Assembly: GCF_006345805.1 (NCBI RefSeq)
Contig: NC_043021.1
Span: forward strand, 14,384,001-14,448,000
Length of the DNA: 64,000 nucleotides
Direction of reading: 5' to 3'
Source: Octopus sinensis
Lineage: Eukaryota
Below are positions 13,893-27,187 of the stretch, one piece after another. The notes beneath the pieces are model-generated. The model saw only the letters and a program-made list of their open reading frames with translations. It had not been told where the DNA came from and made no database searches. The position numbers and the translations under genes are program-made. Numbering within the stretch: position 1 is the stretch's first letter; every line of letters begins with the position of its first letter.

Positions 13893-14188
13893 TATATATA
13901 TATATATATGGATAGTGATATATGTGTGTGTGTATGTATATATGTATATGCATCTCTTTCTCTCTCTCTCTCTCTCTCTCCATATATATATATATATATA
14001 CATACATATATATCATCATCATCATCATCCTCGTTTAACGTCCGCTTTCCATGCTAGCATGGGTTGGACGGTTCAACTGGGGTCTGGGGAGCCCGAAGGC
14101 TGCACCAGGCCAGTCAGATCTGGCAGTGTTTCTACAGCTGGATGCCCTTCCTAACGCCAACCACTCCGAGAGTGTAGTGGGGGATTTT

Positions 14189-14468
14189 ATGTGCCACCGA
14201 CACAGGTGCCAGACGAGGCTGGCGAACGGCCACGCTCGGATGGTGTTTTTATGTGCCACCGACACAGGTGCCAGACGAGGCTGGCAGACGGCCACGCTCG
14301 GATGGTGTTTTTATGTGCCACCGACACAGGTGCCAGACGAGGCTGGCAGACGGCCACGCTCGGATGGTGTTTTTATGTGCCACCGACACAGGTGCCAGAC
14401 GAGGCTGGCAGACGGCCACGCTCGGATGGTGTTTTTATGTACCACCGACACAGGTGCCAGACGAGGCT
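14189..14468 (-). repeat. 62-bp minisatellite, ~4.5 copies, within a truncated RTE 3' UTR (14010-14468)
   Basis: gtgccaccgacacagg at 14191, 14253, 14315 and onward. Confidence 0.9.
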
Positions 14469-14469
14469 A

Positions 14470-14517
<48 letters not shown>

Positions 14518-15720
14518 AAATCAAAATAAGCAACAAGGATATCCAGAGGTAATGCAATATGATCGTGTCAAGCGACTCCATTTAATTGAACAATGCAACC
14601 ATTACATCAATTTAAATGCAGAGCAATTCTCAGCTGTACAAAGACATAGAATTTAATTAAATTAAAACAGATGGACACATTAATATAATTTTACCTAAAA
14701 TCTCCTAGAAGTTAAGGAGTTAGACAAACAACATTTAACTATAGTACTTCATAATAAGATTTCCCCTGTTTCATTATCAATGATCTGCTAGTGGCCAGCC
14801 CCCTTAATTATCAGCTAACATCTTGATTTAAGTTTTCCTTTACCAAATCTCATGATATTGCTTCTAGTAAATCTTGATTTTTTTATGACTATACCCACTA
14901 TGATGTAATTCCCTCTGCCAGAAATTTTACTCACAAACAGTGCCCAACTGACTCTACTATACTGTGCAGTCGACAAAATCAAAAACAAATAATGCACACG
15001 TGTGAAATTAAAAATATAAAATGGCGATAATTTACCCCTCGCACCCTGCACACACACACACACACCTATTGCCATCAATGGGTTTGACAAGAGATTACTG
15101 CTTTCCTGGATTGGTTGAAGAAGCACATCTCACTTATTAAGTTACAAATATTGTGAAGAAGATGATGATGATTGTTGCTAATAGGATGGTTGTGGTAGCT
15201 TCTTGATTTCAATTAGAGTTTACGGAAATAATGTATGAACTTGTGCGATGTTGATCCTTCGAATTTATTTTTAATTGTGATAATGAAACAATGGGATCAG
15301 TCCTTACCACCAAAATTAATTTATCTTGCAAAAGAACACACACATGTCTACACATAGACACACGTAGATAAACATAGATGAAGTCCCATTTTGGAAGTAT
15401 GTTAAAGTATTTAGTAGACGTATGATGGAGAATTATTCAAAATCGTGTTTGCTTCTATGGGAATTGCTTACCTTTAAAGCAAAAAAACAAGACCAACATA
15501 TACAACAGGTATGTATAACATGCTGTTTCACTTGTTTTAGCCACTCATTTTCTGAGAGCTGTAGAGATTGTTGTGCACACACACCCTTTATTTCTGAGTA
15601 GAGAGGGGTGTGTGGATCGGTGCATATGTCCCTCATGTGTTCCAAAACCGAGTTGTCGATTTTCACGTATGGAGTATCAAAAGATTCAGTACTATTTCCA
15701 CTACTAACTAAACTTTATTT

Positions 15721-16407
15721 GGATCTTTTCCTTTTGAACGGCAGTTTTCAACACAATTTCTAGTTAATTAAACACTTTTAAACTTCGTATACTGGTAGAA
15801 TGTGTCAAAATAAAACATTTTTTTTCTCTTGGCTTTCTTGAGAAAATTGTAATTTGTAAGTTTAACATAGTTTAATTTTTCGAATTTTAACCAATTAATT
15901 GCCTCTATTGAGCTTAAATCATTTGCTGCGTCTAAAACTGAGACAACATCCTGTCACTAACTTTAACCCTAACCCTAAATTTTAGCCTTTCGTTTTTTTT
16001 TCTTAATTGTTAAATTAATTTAATTGTTACGCGTGTGTCTAAAATTATTCGTTTTGTTTTTGTTTTGAGTTTTTGCTTTCGTTTTAGCCTTTCGTTTTTT
16101 TCTTAATTGTTATCCTTAAATTAATTTAACAATTAAGAAAAAAAAACGAAAGACTAAAATTTAGGGTTAGGGTTAGTGACAGGATGTCTGTTTTAGACGC
16201 AACAAATGATTTTAGCTCAATAGAGGGCATAGGATTGGTTAAAATTCGAAAAATTAAACTACGTTAAACTTACAAATTACAATTTTCTCAAGAAAACCAA
16301 GAGAAAAAAATGTTTTATTTTGACACATTCTACCAGTATATGAAGTTTAAAAGTGTTTAGTTAACTAGAAATTGTGTTGAAAACTGCCGTTCAAAAGGAA
16401 AAGATCC
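15721..16407. mobile_element. Non-autonomous foldback/MITE with ~300-bp TIRs and target-site duplication
   Basis: ggatcttttccttttgaacggcag ... ctgccgttcaaaaggaaaagatcc; arms 15721-16022 and 16117-16407; aaactttattt flanks both ends; partial copy at 51123-51203. Confidence 0.9.
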
Positions 16408-16727
16408 AAACTTTATTTTCATTGACAAATTTGAATTACAAAAAATTAAAATTATAACCTTTTCCGTAAGTTAACTATCGTAAACATTTTATTCGACGAC
16501 CATAATGGCGTCACATTTTCTCTATGAGTGCGTACTTTAAAAGACATCCATTATCACCTTCACTCACTCTATCTCTCTCCCTTTCTCTCTCACACACGTG
16601 AGCGCACAGACACACAAAATCCCAATTTTGCTCTAACATCACGGCTCTATACAGCTATTGCAATATCACTCTTTATGAAAGAGTTCTCCATTTCCACGGT
16701 AAAAATAATACTGCCATTACATTTTTC

Positions 16728-17579
16728 ATGGAACATGGTGGCCTGCCGTATACCCACAATTGTCCGACATGTAATTTTCCATGTATTTTGCGCGAGGAAA
16801 CGAACATGTGGCGTTGCCGTAGGATGGTACGACGACGTCGCCAATCCAGAAAGGAGTGTGAATATTCTCAATCTTTATTGAAGAACTCCTTTCTGGAAAA
16901 ACCCATGTTTCGCCTTAGAAGATTTTGCTTTTCGTGAATCTATTCCTCAGCACAGCTTGGTAGCACAGATTAATCGAGGAAAATCTCGAATTCTGCCGTA
17001 AAACCACTGTAGATTGGCAGTCTTTCTGTGCTGAAGTCTGCCAGTTTTGGACAGAAAACCACCAAAATATGATCGGAGGAGATTTGGATTGAAACTGAGA
17101 TCGATGAAACGGTTCTGGTCCATCGAAAATATCAACATGGCAGGATAATCAAAACGGTTTGGCTTTTTAGTGGACTTGACGAAGAGAGGGTTTATGGTCC
17201 CACTTTTGACCAAATGTGGCGAGGGCAACAGACGAATGCTGACACCCTCATTCCTATCATTAGACGCTACGTCAGGCCGGGATCAATAATTTATAGTAAT
17301 TGTTGGCATGTGTATAGTAACTTGAACAGCATGGGTTATACACACTATCAGGTTAATCGCTCCGAACACTTTGTGGATCCTCATAACCCAGCTATTCACA
17401 CTCAGAATATTAAGCATTTATGGGGAAGCCTGAAAAAGTGCATTGTTTATCTCGGAATGAGACCGAAGTATCTCAAACAGTATGTCGCTAGATTACTTTT
17501 TATATGGGCCATTTCACCGTCAACTCAGCGACTTGATAAGTATCTTTTGGATGCTGGAAAACTGTATCCATGTTCCTGA
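16728..17579 (+). pseudogene. Decayed Merlin (IS1595/ISXO2-like) DDE transposase
   Basis: Across frames: CPTC...WRC...C Zn ribbon, EIDETVLVHRKYQHGR...WLFSG (near 17095), TLIPIIRRYVRPGSIIYSNCW...Y, VNRSEHFVDP...HTQNIKHLW. Frameshifts; second D appears as N and E as K. Confidence 0.85.
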
Positions 17580-17964
17580 GGACACGGAAGAATTGGTTCT
17601 TAATGTTCAATCATACTTAACTTTTTTTTTTCCATCAAACTATATTCAACACTATATATCTCGCCCAGAGATTTATTATTGTTTATATTCAACACCATAT
17701 TTATGAAACCATTCGGATAAAATTTTACAAGTGCCATCAATAAACCAGGATACACATTGTGCCTTTTCATGAGGCGTAGCCATTTTATAGGGGTTCAGTG
17801 AATTAGTTCCCTTCCATCAACAGAGTATCTGAAATACAAAAAATTAATTCGATATCAATAAAAACTTTAATAAACAATTATTAAAATAAAACAAATCTGG
17901 TTAAAATATCTCATCAACTGCCTTTGTAATAATTTTTTTAAATTGTAAAGAGACTTTATGGACA

Positions 17965-18023
<59 letters not shown>

Positions 18024-18888
18024 ATATATATATATATACCGGAGTAAACACATAAATGTGAAACAAGGTGGAAAAAAGAGTACTCAAATACCAGTGGTTT
18101 TGTCATTTATGTATTGAGGTGGGGGGGGGGAGGCTGTACTATATCTATCTATCTATCTATATATATATACTTTATTTAAAGCAGCAGAAAATTCAACAAA
18201 ACCTGTTACTCTGAGTTTCACGTTGCCGTTCGGAAAGTTTTGCAACGAACGGCAACGTGAAACTCAGAGTAACAGGTTTTGTTGAATTTTCTGCTGCTTT
18301 AAATAAAGTATATATATATATATATATATATAGTACAGCTCCCCCCCCCCACCTCAATACATAAATGACAAAACACAGCTTTACTCAATCACCTTCTCCC
18401 TCTCTCTCTCTCCACACGAGATCGAAGCGTAAATAGTTAACTGCTTAAAATTTCAGCGCGAAAAAATGCTAAATGAAAGTGGAAACACTTGATTCCGTAT
18501 CAAAACTGTTTTGCAGCTTAGGTCTTATACATCCTGGGATCTATATATCCAGTAATTTTAGCAGGTATGTAAAAGATATTGTTTTAATACACTTTGACTC
18601 GTTTCATACAAACACTAACATGGTTTTTTTTTGTCCAGACATTGTTACCACTAATTTTTTATAACTTCAGTATTCATTTATTATTCTTTTCAAACTCCTT
18701 GGATTGTTCAATCCGATGTAATCTACACTCTAAAAAACGTATCTCTGCAAAATGTCATTTTAAAATATACGTAAAGAAAGGGGGCTGATGCCGTTTCGCA
18801 CCTCACCTTCAAAGGTGCATTTTTAATAAAAGATTTCTTCGGAAACATGTCTGTATATATGTGTGTGTGTGTGTGTATGTGTGTATGG

Positions 18889-18950
<62 letters not shown>

Positions 18951-19169
18951 GGGAGAGAGAGAGAGAGAGAACGTAATAACAAGTGAATGAGAATAATGAC
19001 AAGGATTAAAAAAGCGTAAACATAATTGAAGATAAAATGAAACAAAAATGAAGCTAAAACATTATGAATTATTGAAAGTGGGTAGAAAAAAACATCACTT
19101 AGTGTAGTAGTACTATGCTAGGGTATCTGTAGAAAGTTGAATGTGATTTCGGAATATATCAAGGAAAAA

Positions 19170-21085
19170 ATTCAGATCTTGTGAATTTTCCGAAGTCCTC
19201 TCTCCACCCCCTTGGAAAAGATTTTCTCCACAAATTTCTTTGTAATCGTAATGTATGTCGTTTGAAAGGTATTTATATAAAATTTCAATGAAAAAAAAAC
19301 CCATTTTCCTAAAAGTTACGAGGGAAAAGCTCGGATCTTGTGAATTTTCCGAAGTCCTCTCTCCACCCCCTTGGAAAAGATTTTCCCCACAAATTTCTTT
19401 ATAATCGTTTGAAAGGTGTTTCTACTAGAAAAGTTCATTGAAAAAAATCCCCATTTTCCTAAAAGTTATGAGGGAAAAGCTCGGATCTTGTGAATTTTTC
19501 GAAGCCGTCTCCCCACCTCCTTGGAAAAAATTTCCCCACAAATTTCTTTATAATCGTAATGTATGCCGTTTAAAAGGTATTTCTATAAAATTTCAATGAA
19601 AAAAAACCCATTTTCCTAAAAGTTACGAGGGAAAAGCTCGGATCTTGTGAATTTTCCGAAGTCCTCTCTCCACCCCCTTGGAAAAGATTTTCCCCACAAA
19701 TTTCTTTATAATCGTTTGAAAGGTATTTCTACTAGAAAAGTTTATTGAAAAAAATCCCCATTTTCCTAAAAGTTATGAGGGAAAAGCTCGGATCTTGTGA
19801 ATTTTTCGAAGCCGTCTCCCCACCTCCTTGGAAAAAATTTCCCCACAAATTTCTTTATAATCGTAATGTATGCCGTTTGAAAGGTATTTCTATAAAATTT
19901 CAATGGAAAAAAAAAACATTTTCCTAAAAGTTACGAGGGAAAAGCTCGGATCTTGTGAATTTTCCGAAGCCCTCTCTCCACCCCCTTGGAAAAGATTTTC
20001 CCCACAAATTTCTTTATAATCGTTTGAAAGGTATTTCTACTAGAAAAGTTCATTGAAAAAAATCCCCATTTTCCGAAAAGTTATGAGGGAAAAGCTCGGA
20101 TCTTGTGAATTTTCCGAAGTCCTCTCTCCACCCTTGGAAAAGATTTTCCCCACAAATTTCTTTATAATCGTTTGAAAGGTATTTCTACTAGAAAAGTTAA
20201 TTGAAAAAAATCCCCATTTTCCTAAAAGTTACGAGGGAAAAGCTCGGATCTTGTGAAATTTTCGAAGCCCTCTCCCCACCCTCCCTGGAAAAGATTTTCC
20301 CCACAAATTTCTTTATAATCGTAATGTCTGCCGTTTGAAAGGTATTTCTATAAAATTTCAATGGAAAAAAAAACATTTTCCTAAAAGTTACGAGGGAAAA
20401 GCTCGGATCTTGTGAATTTTCCGAAGTCCTCTCTCGATCCCCTTGGAAAAGATTTTCCCCACAGAATTCTTTATAATTGTAATGTATGCCGTTTGAAAGG
20501 TATTTCTACTAGAAGAGTTCATTGAAAAAAATCCCCATTTTCCTAAAAGTTATGAGGGAAAAGCTCGGATCTTGTGAATTTTCCGAAGTACTCTCTCAAT
20601 CCCCTTGGAAAAGATTTTCCCCACAAATTTCTTTGTAATCGTAATGTATGCCGTTTGAAAGGTATTTCTATAAAATTTCAATGAAAAAAAAACGACATTT
20701 TCCTAAAAGTTACGAGGGAAAAGCTCGGATAGTGTGAATTTCCCGAGGTCCTCTCTCCACCCCCTTGGAAAAGATTTTCCCTACAAATTTCTTTGTAATC
20801 GTAATGTATGCCGTTTGAAAAGTATTTCTATAAAATTTCAATGAAAAAAAATCCCCATTTTCCTAAAAGTTACAAGGGAAAAGCTCGGATCTTGTGAATT
20901 TTTCGAAGCCCTCTCCCCACCTCCTTGGAAAAGATCTTCCCACAAATTTCTTTATAATCGTAATGTATGCCGTTTGAAAGGTATTTCTATAAAGTTTCAT
21001 TGAAAAAAAAATCCCATTTTCCTAAAAGTTATGAGGGAAAAGCTCGGATCTTGTGAATTTTCCGAAGTACTCTCCCCACCCTCCC
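19170..21085. repeat. Satellite-like tandem array, about 12 units of 148-162 bp
   Basis: gctcggat anchor at 19329,19479,19636,19786,19944,20094,20242,20401,20563,20723,20883,21042. Confidence 0.95.
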
Positions 21086-21589
21086 ATTGCTTTGCACACA
21101 TTTTTTTTTTCATATTCGTTTCTGACACATTTTTTTATACCCATTCGAGTATTTTCTTGGGATTTTCATTTCCGGGTGAAGATGTAAATATTACTCTATA
21201 TATATGTATTTGTTGTCTGTCTTTGTCTTCTGACCATGTTGACAACCGATGTTGGTGTGTTTACGTTTCTGTTACTTAGCAGTTCAGCAAAAAGACACTG
21301 AGAGAATACGTACTAGGCTTACAAAGAATAAGTCCTGGGGTCGATTTGTTCGACTAGATGATTGAAACAAGTAAAAGATATATATATATATATATATATA
21401 TAACATAAATTCAGGGTGAATACTTGATAAATGTAAGCACCTGTATACCCTGTACACCTATTTGATTATGAAGATTTACAAACATACTTTCTCAGTGATA
21501 CTCAGTTTACCTACCATTATAAATAATACAAAGTGTTCTTTCTCAAACCTTTCATAATGTGAAACAAGTCTTTGGTGTAGCAATTGCAT

Positions 21590-21681
21590 GCGGCTGAAGA
21601 GGGCTTTAAACTATCTGTTATGTCGATTATACATTGATGTAAGAATAAGTTGTTTTATAAAGCTCGAAACATGTGTACCGC
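21590..21681 (+). ncRNA. Type I hammerhead ribozyme with long stem II loop (Penelope-associated type)
   Basis: gcgg-CTGAAGA-gggcttta...taaagctc-GAAA-catgtg-TA-ccgc: stems I and II pair, stem III is a near-palindrome, core intact. Confidence 0.7.
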
Positions 21682-21718
21682 GACATCCTTTGTGTTCCGT
21701 TTTTTATTTCATTTGATA

Positions 21719-21751
<33 letters not shown>

Positions 21752-23319
21752 GGAGATGTACTTGCGTAGCAAGTGACCTGATCTGAGATCATGTACTGAA
21801 ACAAAAACAATTACTGCATGGAAAGTGTTTATAAGCCATTTAAAAACACGGAATTTTGTCAGTGAACAGGTTGTGGTTTCAAAGCGACGAAAATATTTTG
21901 ACAAATTAAATTTAAACATTGAAGTGAATCTAAGGGTCTTTGTGTGTTTTTAAATGGCTTATAAGAACCTTCCACGCTGCAATTCTTCATATATGTGTGC
22001 TGAGGCTTGCTAAAGGATTTTACATTTTGATATGACTGGGGTACTTATGTGTACCTATGACTCTTGCTTCTGCTTTTTTCCATGGGTGCTTGTAAGTATT
22101 TCATTTATTTCTCATCGTATTCCCTACTGTAGAGGGAAAAATCCTTAAGATTAACCCCAAAATTGATTCAATACTGAGATAACAAATTAAAAAAAAAAAA
22201 GATTCTGTTGGCTCTGCCTTCCTTATTTCAGCACGACGTGTCTTCATAGTGAATGTATATTGTAATGTGGGGATTGACGATTTAAAGTCTATTTCTCAGC
22301 ATATTGGCATAGAAATCTTTTTTCTTTTGCCCTTGCTTATAAGTGCTTATATATATATATCACTGTGATCGACTAGGTTATCAGATGTTGCTACACATCG
22401 CTGGTCACAATGTGCTTCGCATTGTTTTAGCCTTCAAATGACGCCACCCCGCTGGCTAAGCGAGCAGGCCAACAGAAGAAAGAGTGAGAGAAAGTTGTGG
22501 CGAAAGAGTACATCAGGGATCCCCCACCCCCTGCAGGAGCCTTGTGTAGCTTTCACTGTGTGGTACCTTGGGCAAGTGTCTTCTACTATAGCTTCGGGCT
22601 GACAAAAGCCTTGTGAGTGGAAACTGAAAGAAGCCTGTCGTATATATGTATGTGTGTGTATATGTTTGCGTGTCTGTGTTTATCCCCCAACATTGCTTGA
22701 CAACCGATGCTGGTGTGTTTACGTCCCCATCACTTAGCGGTTCAGCAAAAGAGACCGATAGAATAAGTACTAGGCTTACAAAGAATAAGTCCTGGCGTCG
22801 ATTTCTTCGATTCAAAGCAGTGCTCCAGCATGGCTGCAGTCAAACGACTGAAACAAGTCATATATATATATATATATCCCCTGGCACAAAAATGCCCCTT
22901 TCCATGGCACTTTACATCTCATACTGGTATAATGGTTGATTCTCATTTCTTACAGACTTTGCTTAAAACTACAGTATAAGACACTTGTCCAAGGCACCAT
23001 GTAAACAGAACCAAAGCCAGAACAACACAGTTGCAAATCTAATATCTCATGTCTGCATCTCAACATAAAAGTACAGTTTCTGGAGTGTCTCTCTAGAATT
23101 TTCTCTGTCTGTTTGTCTCTCTCTCTCTCTCTCTGTCTCTCTCTCCTTCTCTCTCTCTCTCTCACCACACACTCACAAAATACAAATAAAAAAGTACAGT
23201 ATAAAATAAAACGTTATTTCTCCAAACATCTAAAATTGACTTGTCTCCCTGTCCTATCCTTTACTTCTCATTACAGAAAATAGCTGCGGGAATAATATAA
23301 AAATATATATCTATATAAA

Positions 23320-23355
23320 GTATATATAATATATATATATGTATGTATGTATATG

Positions 23356-23422
<67 letters not shown>

Positions 23423-23747
23423 GTATATATATGTATATATATATGTATATATATGTATATATATATATATGTATATATATGTATATATATATGTATATGT
23501 GTATATATATATGTATGTATATGTGTATATATATATGTATGTATATGTGTATATATATATATATGTATGTATATGTATATATATATGTATGTATGTATAT
23601 GTATATATATATATATGTAGTTATATGTATATAATATAATATATATGTATGTATATGTATATATATATGTATGTATATGTATATATATATATATGTATGT
23701 ATATGTATATATATATATATGTATGTATATGTATATATATATATATG

Positions 23748-23807
<60 letters not shown>

Positions 23808-23950
23808 TGTATGTATATATATATATATATGTATGTATATATATATATATATGTATGTATATATATATATATATATGTATGTATATATATATATATATGT
23901 ATGTATATATATATATATGTATGTATATATATATATATATATGTATGTTA

Positions 23951-23990
<40 letters not shown>

Positions 23991-24763
23991 GTATATGTAT
24001 ATATATATATATATGTATGTATATATATTATATGTATGTCTATGTATATTATATATATGTATGTATATCTATTATATAATATAATATATATAATATATGT
24101 ATGTATATAATATATATATATATGTATGTATAATATCTATATATATATGTGATGTATATATATATATATATAATGTATGTATAATATATATATATAATAT
24201 GTCTGTATATAATATATATATATGTAGTAATATATATATATTGTATGTATATATATATATATATATGTATGTATATATATATAATATATATTAATATATA
24301 TATATAATGTATATGTATATGTATATATATATATATATGTATGTATATATATAATATATATATATATATATTATATGTATATGTATATATGTATGTATGT
24401 ATGTACATATATATATATATAGATATGTTTATGTATATATATATATAGTTTATGTATATATTTTTATATATATGTATGTGTATATATTTGCGAGTGTATG
24501 TCTATATACATGCACATATATAGGGTTCAAATTTTTGAAGTTACAGACTTAAGCATATATGTAGGCATATATGGGTATATAAATATAAATATATGCATGT
24601 ATGTTATATATATATATATTCATACATACACACACACACACACTCATGCACACACATACACACATAATATAAATATATGTATATATGCATGTATGTGTAT
24701 ATATATGTATATATATATATCTTAATCTCTTTCTCTCTCTCTTTATATATATATAATCAATCC

Positions 24764-24824
<61 letters not shown>

Positions 24825-24850
24825 CATACATATATATATACATACGCACA
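23320..24850. repeat. Long compound (TA)n/(TATG)n microsatellite
   Basis: Directly visible; a similar tract lies at 31310-31925. Confidence 0.95.
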
Positions 24851-25404
24851 GGATAATTAATATAAACAGTGTAATAATGAAAAAAATAGGCTGCATAAAC
24901 AACTGAAGAAAAGTGTGTGGGGGTGTGTAATAAGCCAAAAAACTCATTAAACTGTCCAATAATTAGATTTCATTGGTTGCTCTTGAATTGCTAAGTCAAT
25001 ATGTAATTTATTGATTGGTAAATCGCTGAGCACTAAGTATTGATTAGGTGTTTTTTTTCTTACTGGAAGAGAGGAAATAACTAGGCAAATGGACATTAAA
25101 CCTGTTGAATTTGAGAGAAAATTTATTAGGTAAATAGTATGTGCATGCTGTGTATGTTAGCATGTGTGGTTGTATGTATGTTAGTTGGTGTTCATGTGTG
25201 TGTGTGTGATGTGTATGTGTGTGATGGTTATTTGTATGTGTGTGTGATATGTGGTTGTGTTCTAAGAAGCTTGATTCCCAGCCCGCACATGGCTCCAGGT
25301 CCAGTTCCACTGTGTGGTACATTGCGCAAATGTCTTCTACTATTGCCTTGGGCTAAACAAGGTTTGTGAGTGGATTTGGTAGACAGAAACTGAAAGAAGC
25401 TTGT

Positions 25405-25448
<44 letters not shown>

Positions 25449-25565
25449 TCTCTTTGTGTTCGACGTCCCTTTGGTGTCCTGTACTCATATATGTGTATAT
25501 GCGTGTATATGTACATGTAGAGGTAGTACGTACATATATGTTTATATATATGCATATGTTTTTTC

Positions 25566-25621
<56 letters not shown>

Positions 25622-26634
25622 TATAGATAGATAGATAGTTGAAATTTATAGAAAAACCAAAGGTGAAGACAGGTGTATGAACAACAAGCAGGTGTATTAG
25701 TTTGACATTTGGGAAAATGAAAAAGTCTTTTATGTTTCAAGGCTATGCTTTTCAACAGAAAAAAATAAAATAAAGCAGTCATCAACAAAGATCAAAGATG
25801 TATAAGTCTCAGTTTATGAATTGATGCTAAAACATCTTTGTTACTCATTTTATATTTTAATCATCATCATCGTCATCGTTGTTTAATGTCCACCTTCCAT
25901 GCTAGCATCAGTGAGATGGTTTCACAAGAGCCGGCCAGGCCGAAGCCTGAGCAGACTTCTGTGACTGTTTTGGTAGGAGGACTTTTACAGCTGGATGCCG
26001 TTCCGAAAACCAACCACTTTACTGTGTGGACTGGGTGCTTTTTAGTGGCACCTGCACTAGCTAGGTCACCAAGTACTTTCAAGACAATAAGAAAAAAAAA
26101 AAACTTTTAAGAGATGGTTAGGAGGCATTGGAGGAGGTGATCTTGTTCCTTTAAGTCTGCATCTAAGAACTGAAAAAAAAAAAAAGATATGTCAAAAAAT
26201 ACATACATGCGTATGTATGTATATATGTAGATATGTCCATTTAAAGCCTGTCTTCTATGTTGCATGACCACTTTTCAATACCAGCATTGGTCAAAACTCT
26301 CACATTTTAGAGCTCCACGAGTTCCATTTTTCAGGAGCAAAAACCTTTGAACAGGTTTCATAGGATTTGAATTTTGGAAATTGGGCATTAAAGATGAGTA
26401 GTATGGGATACATGTATCATGATTAGAATTTTTGTTAGGGTGTGTAAAGAGGGAAAGAACCCTCATTAAAATTCTTAATCTGCAATTTTGATGAGATTTG
26501 AATCATAGGTATTCCAGTTCATTAGATAAAATATAAAAGAAAAGTTTAATTCTTCAATTCCATGTGACATGGGCAATGCTGGGTATCTGGCAGTATACAT
26601 ACATACATACATACATACATACATACATACATAC

Positions 26635-26697
<63 letters not shown>

Positions 26698-26939
26698 GCA
26701 TACTTTTGCTCTTTTATTCTTTTGCTTGTTTCAGTTATCTGACTGGGCCATGCTGGAGCACCACCTTAAGGGGTTATAGTTGAACAAATCAACCCCGGAC
26801 TTATTCTTTGTAAGCCTAGTACTTATTGTAGTGGTCACTTTTGCCAAACTGCTAAATTTCAGGGATGTAAACACACCAACATCAGTTCTCAAATGTTGAT
26901 GGTGGTGGGGGGAAGACAAACACAGACACAAACACACAA

Positions 26940-26974
<35 letters not shown>

Positions 26975-27147
26975 ATATATTATATATATATATTCGCAAA
27001 CAACACTCATTTTAGTGCTGTTGACACTGCTGGATTGAATAGTACTGCCCAGGTGTCAAAACCATAATGATATTCATGGGGCAGCTGATGATGGAGGTAT
27101 ATTGGATTGTTGATATGGCTGAGTAATAGTATTATAACACAACCTTT

Positions 27148-27187
<40 letters not shown>

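Noticed and set aside
16728-17579. Bacterial contamination or recent IS transfer
   Set aside because: It is embedded among host SINEs and microsatellites, is decayed, and has motifs of the eukaryotic Merlin type.
19170-21085. CRISPR or coding repeat
   Set aside because: No unique spacers and no sustained ORF; it is a tandem satellite.
23339-24959. Long YI/YV/MY-rich ORFs (also 31249-31970, 34212-34790, 3464-5937, 10856-11881)
   Set aside because: These are translations of stop-poor microsatellites.
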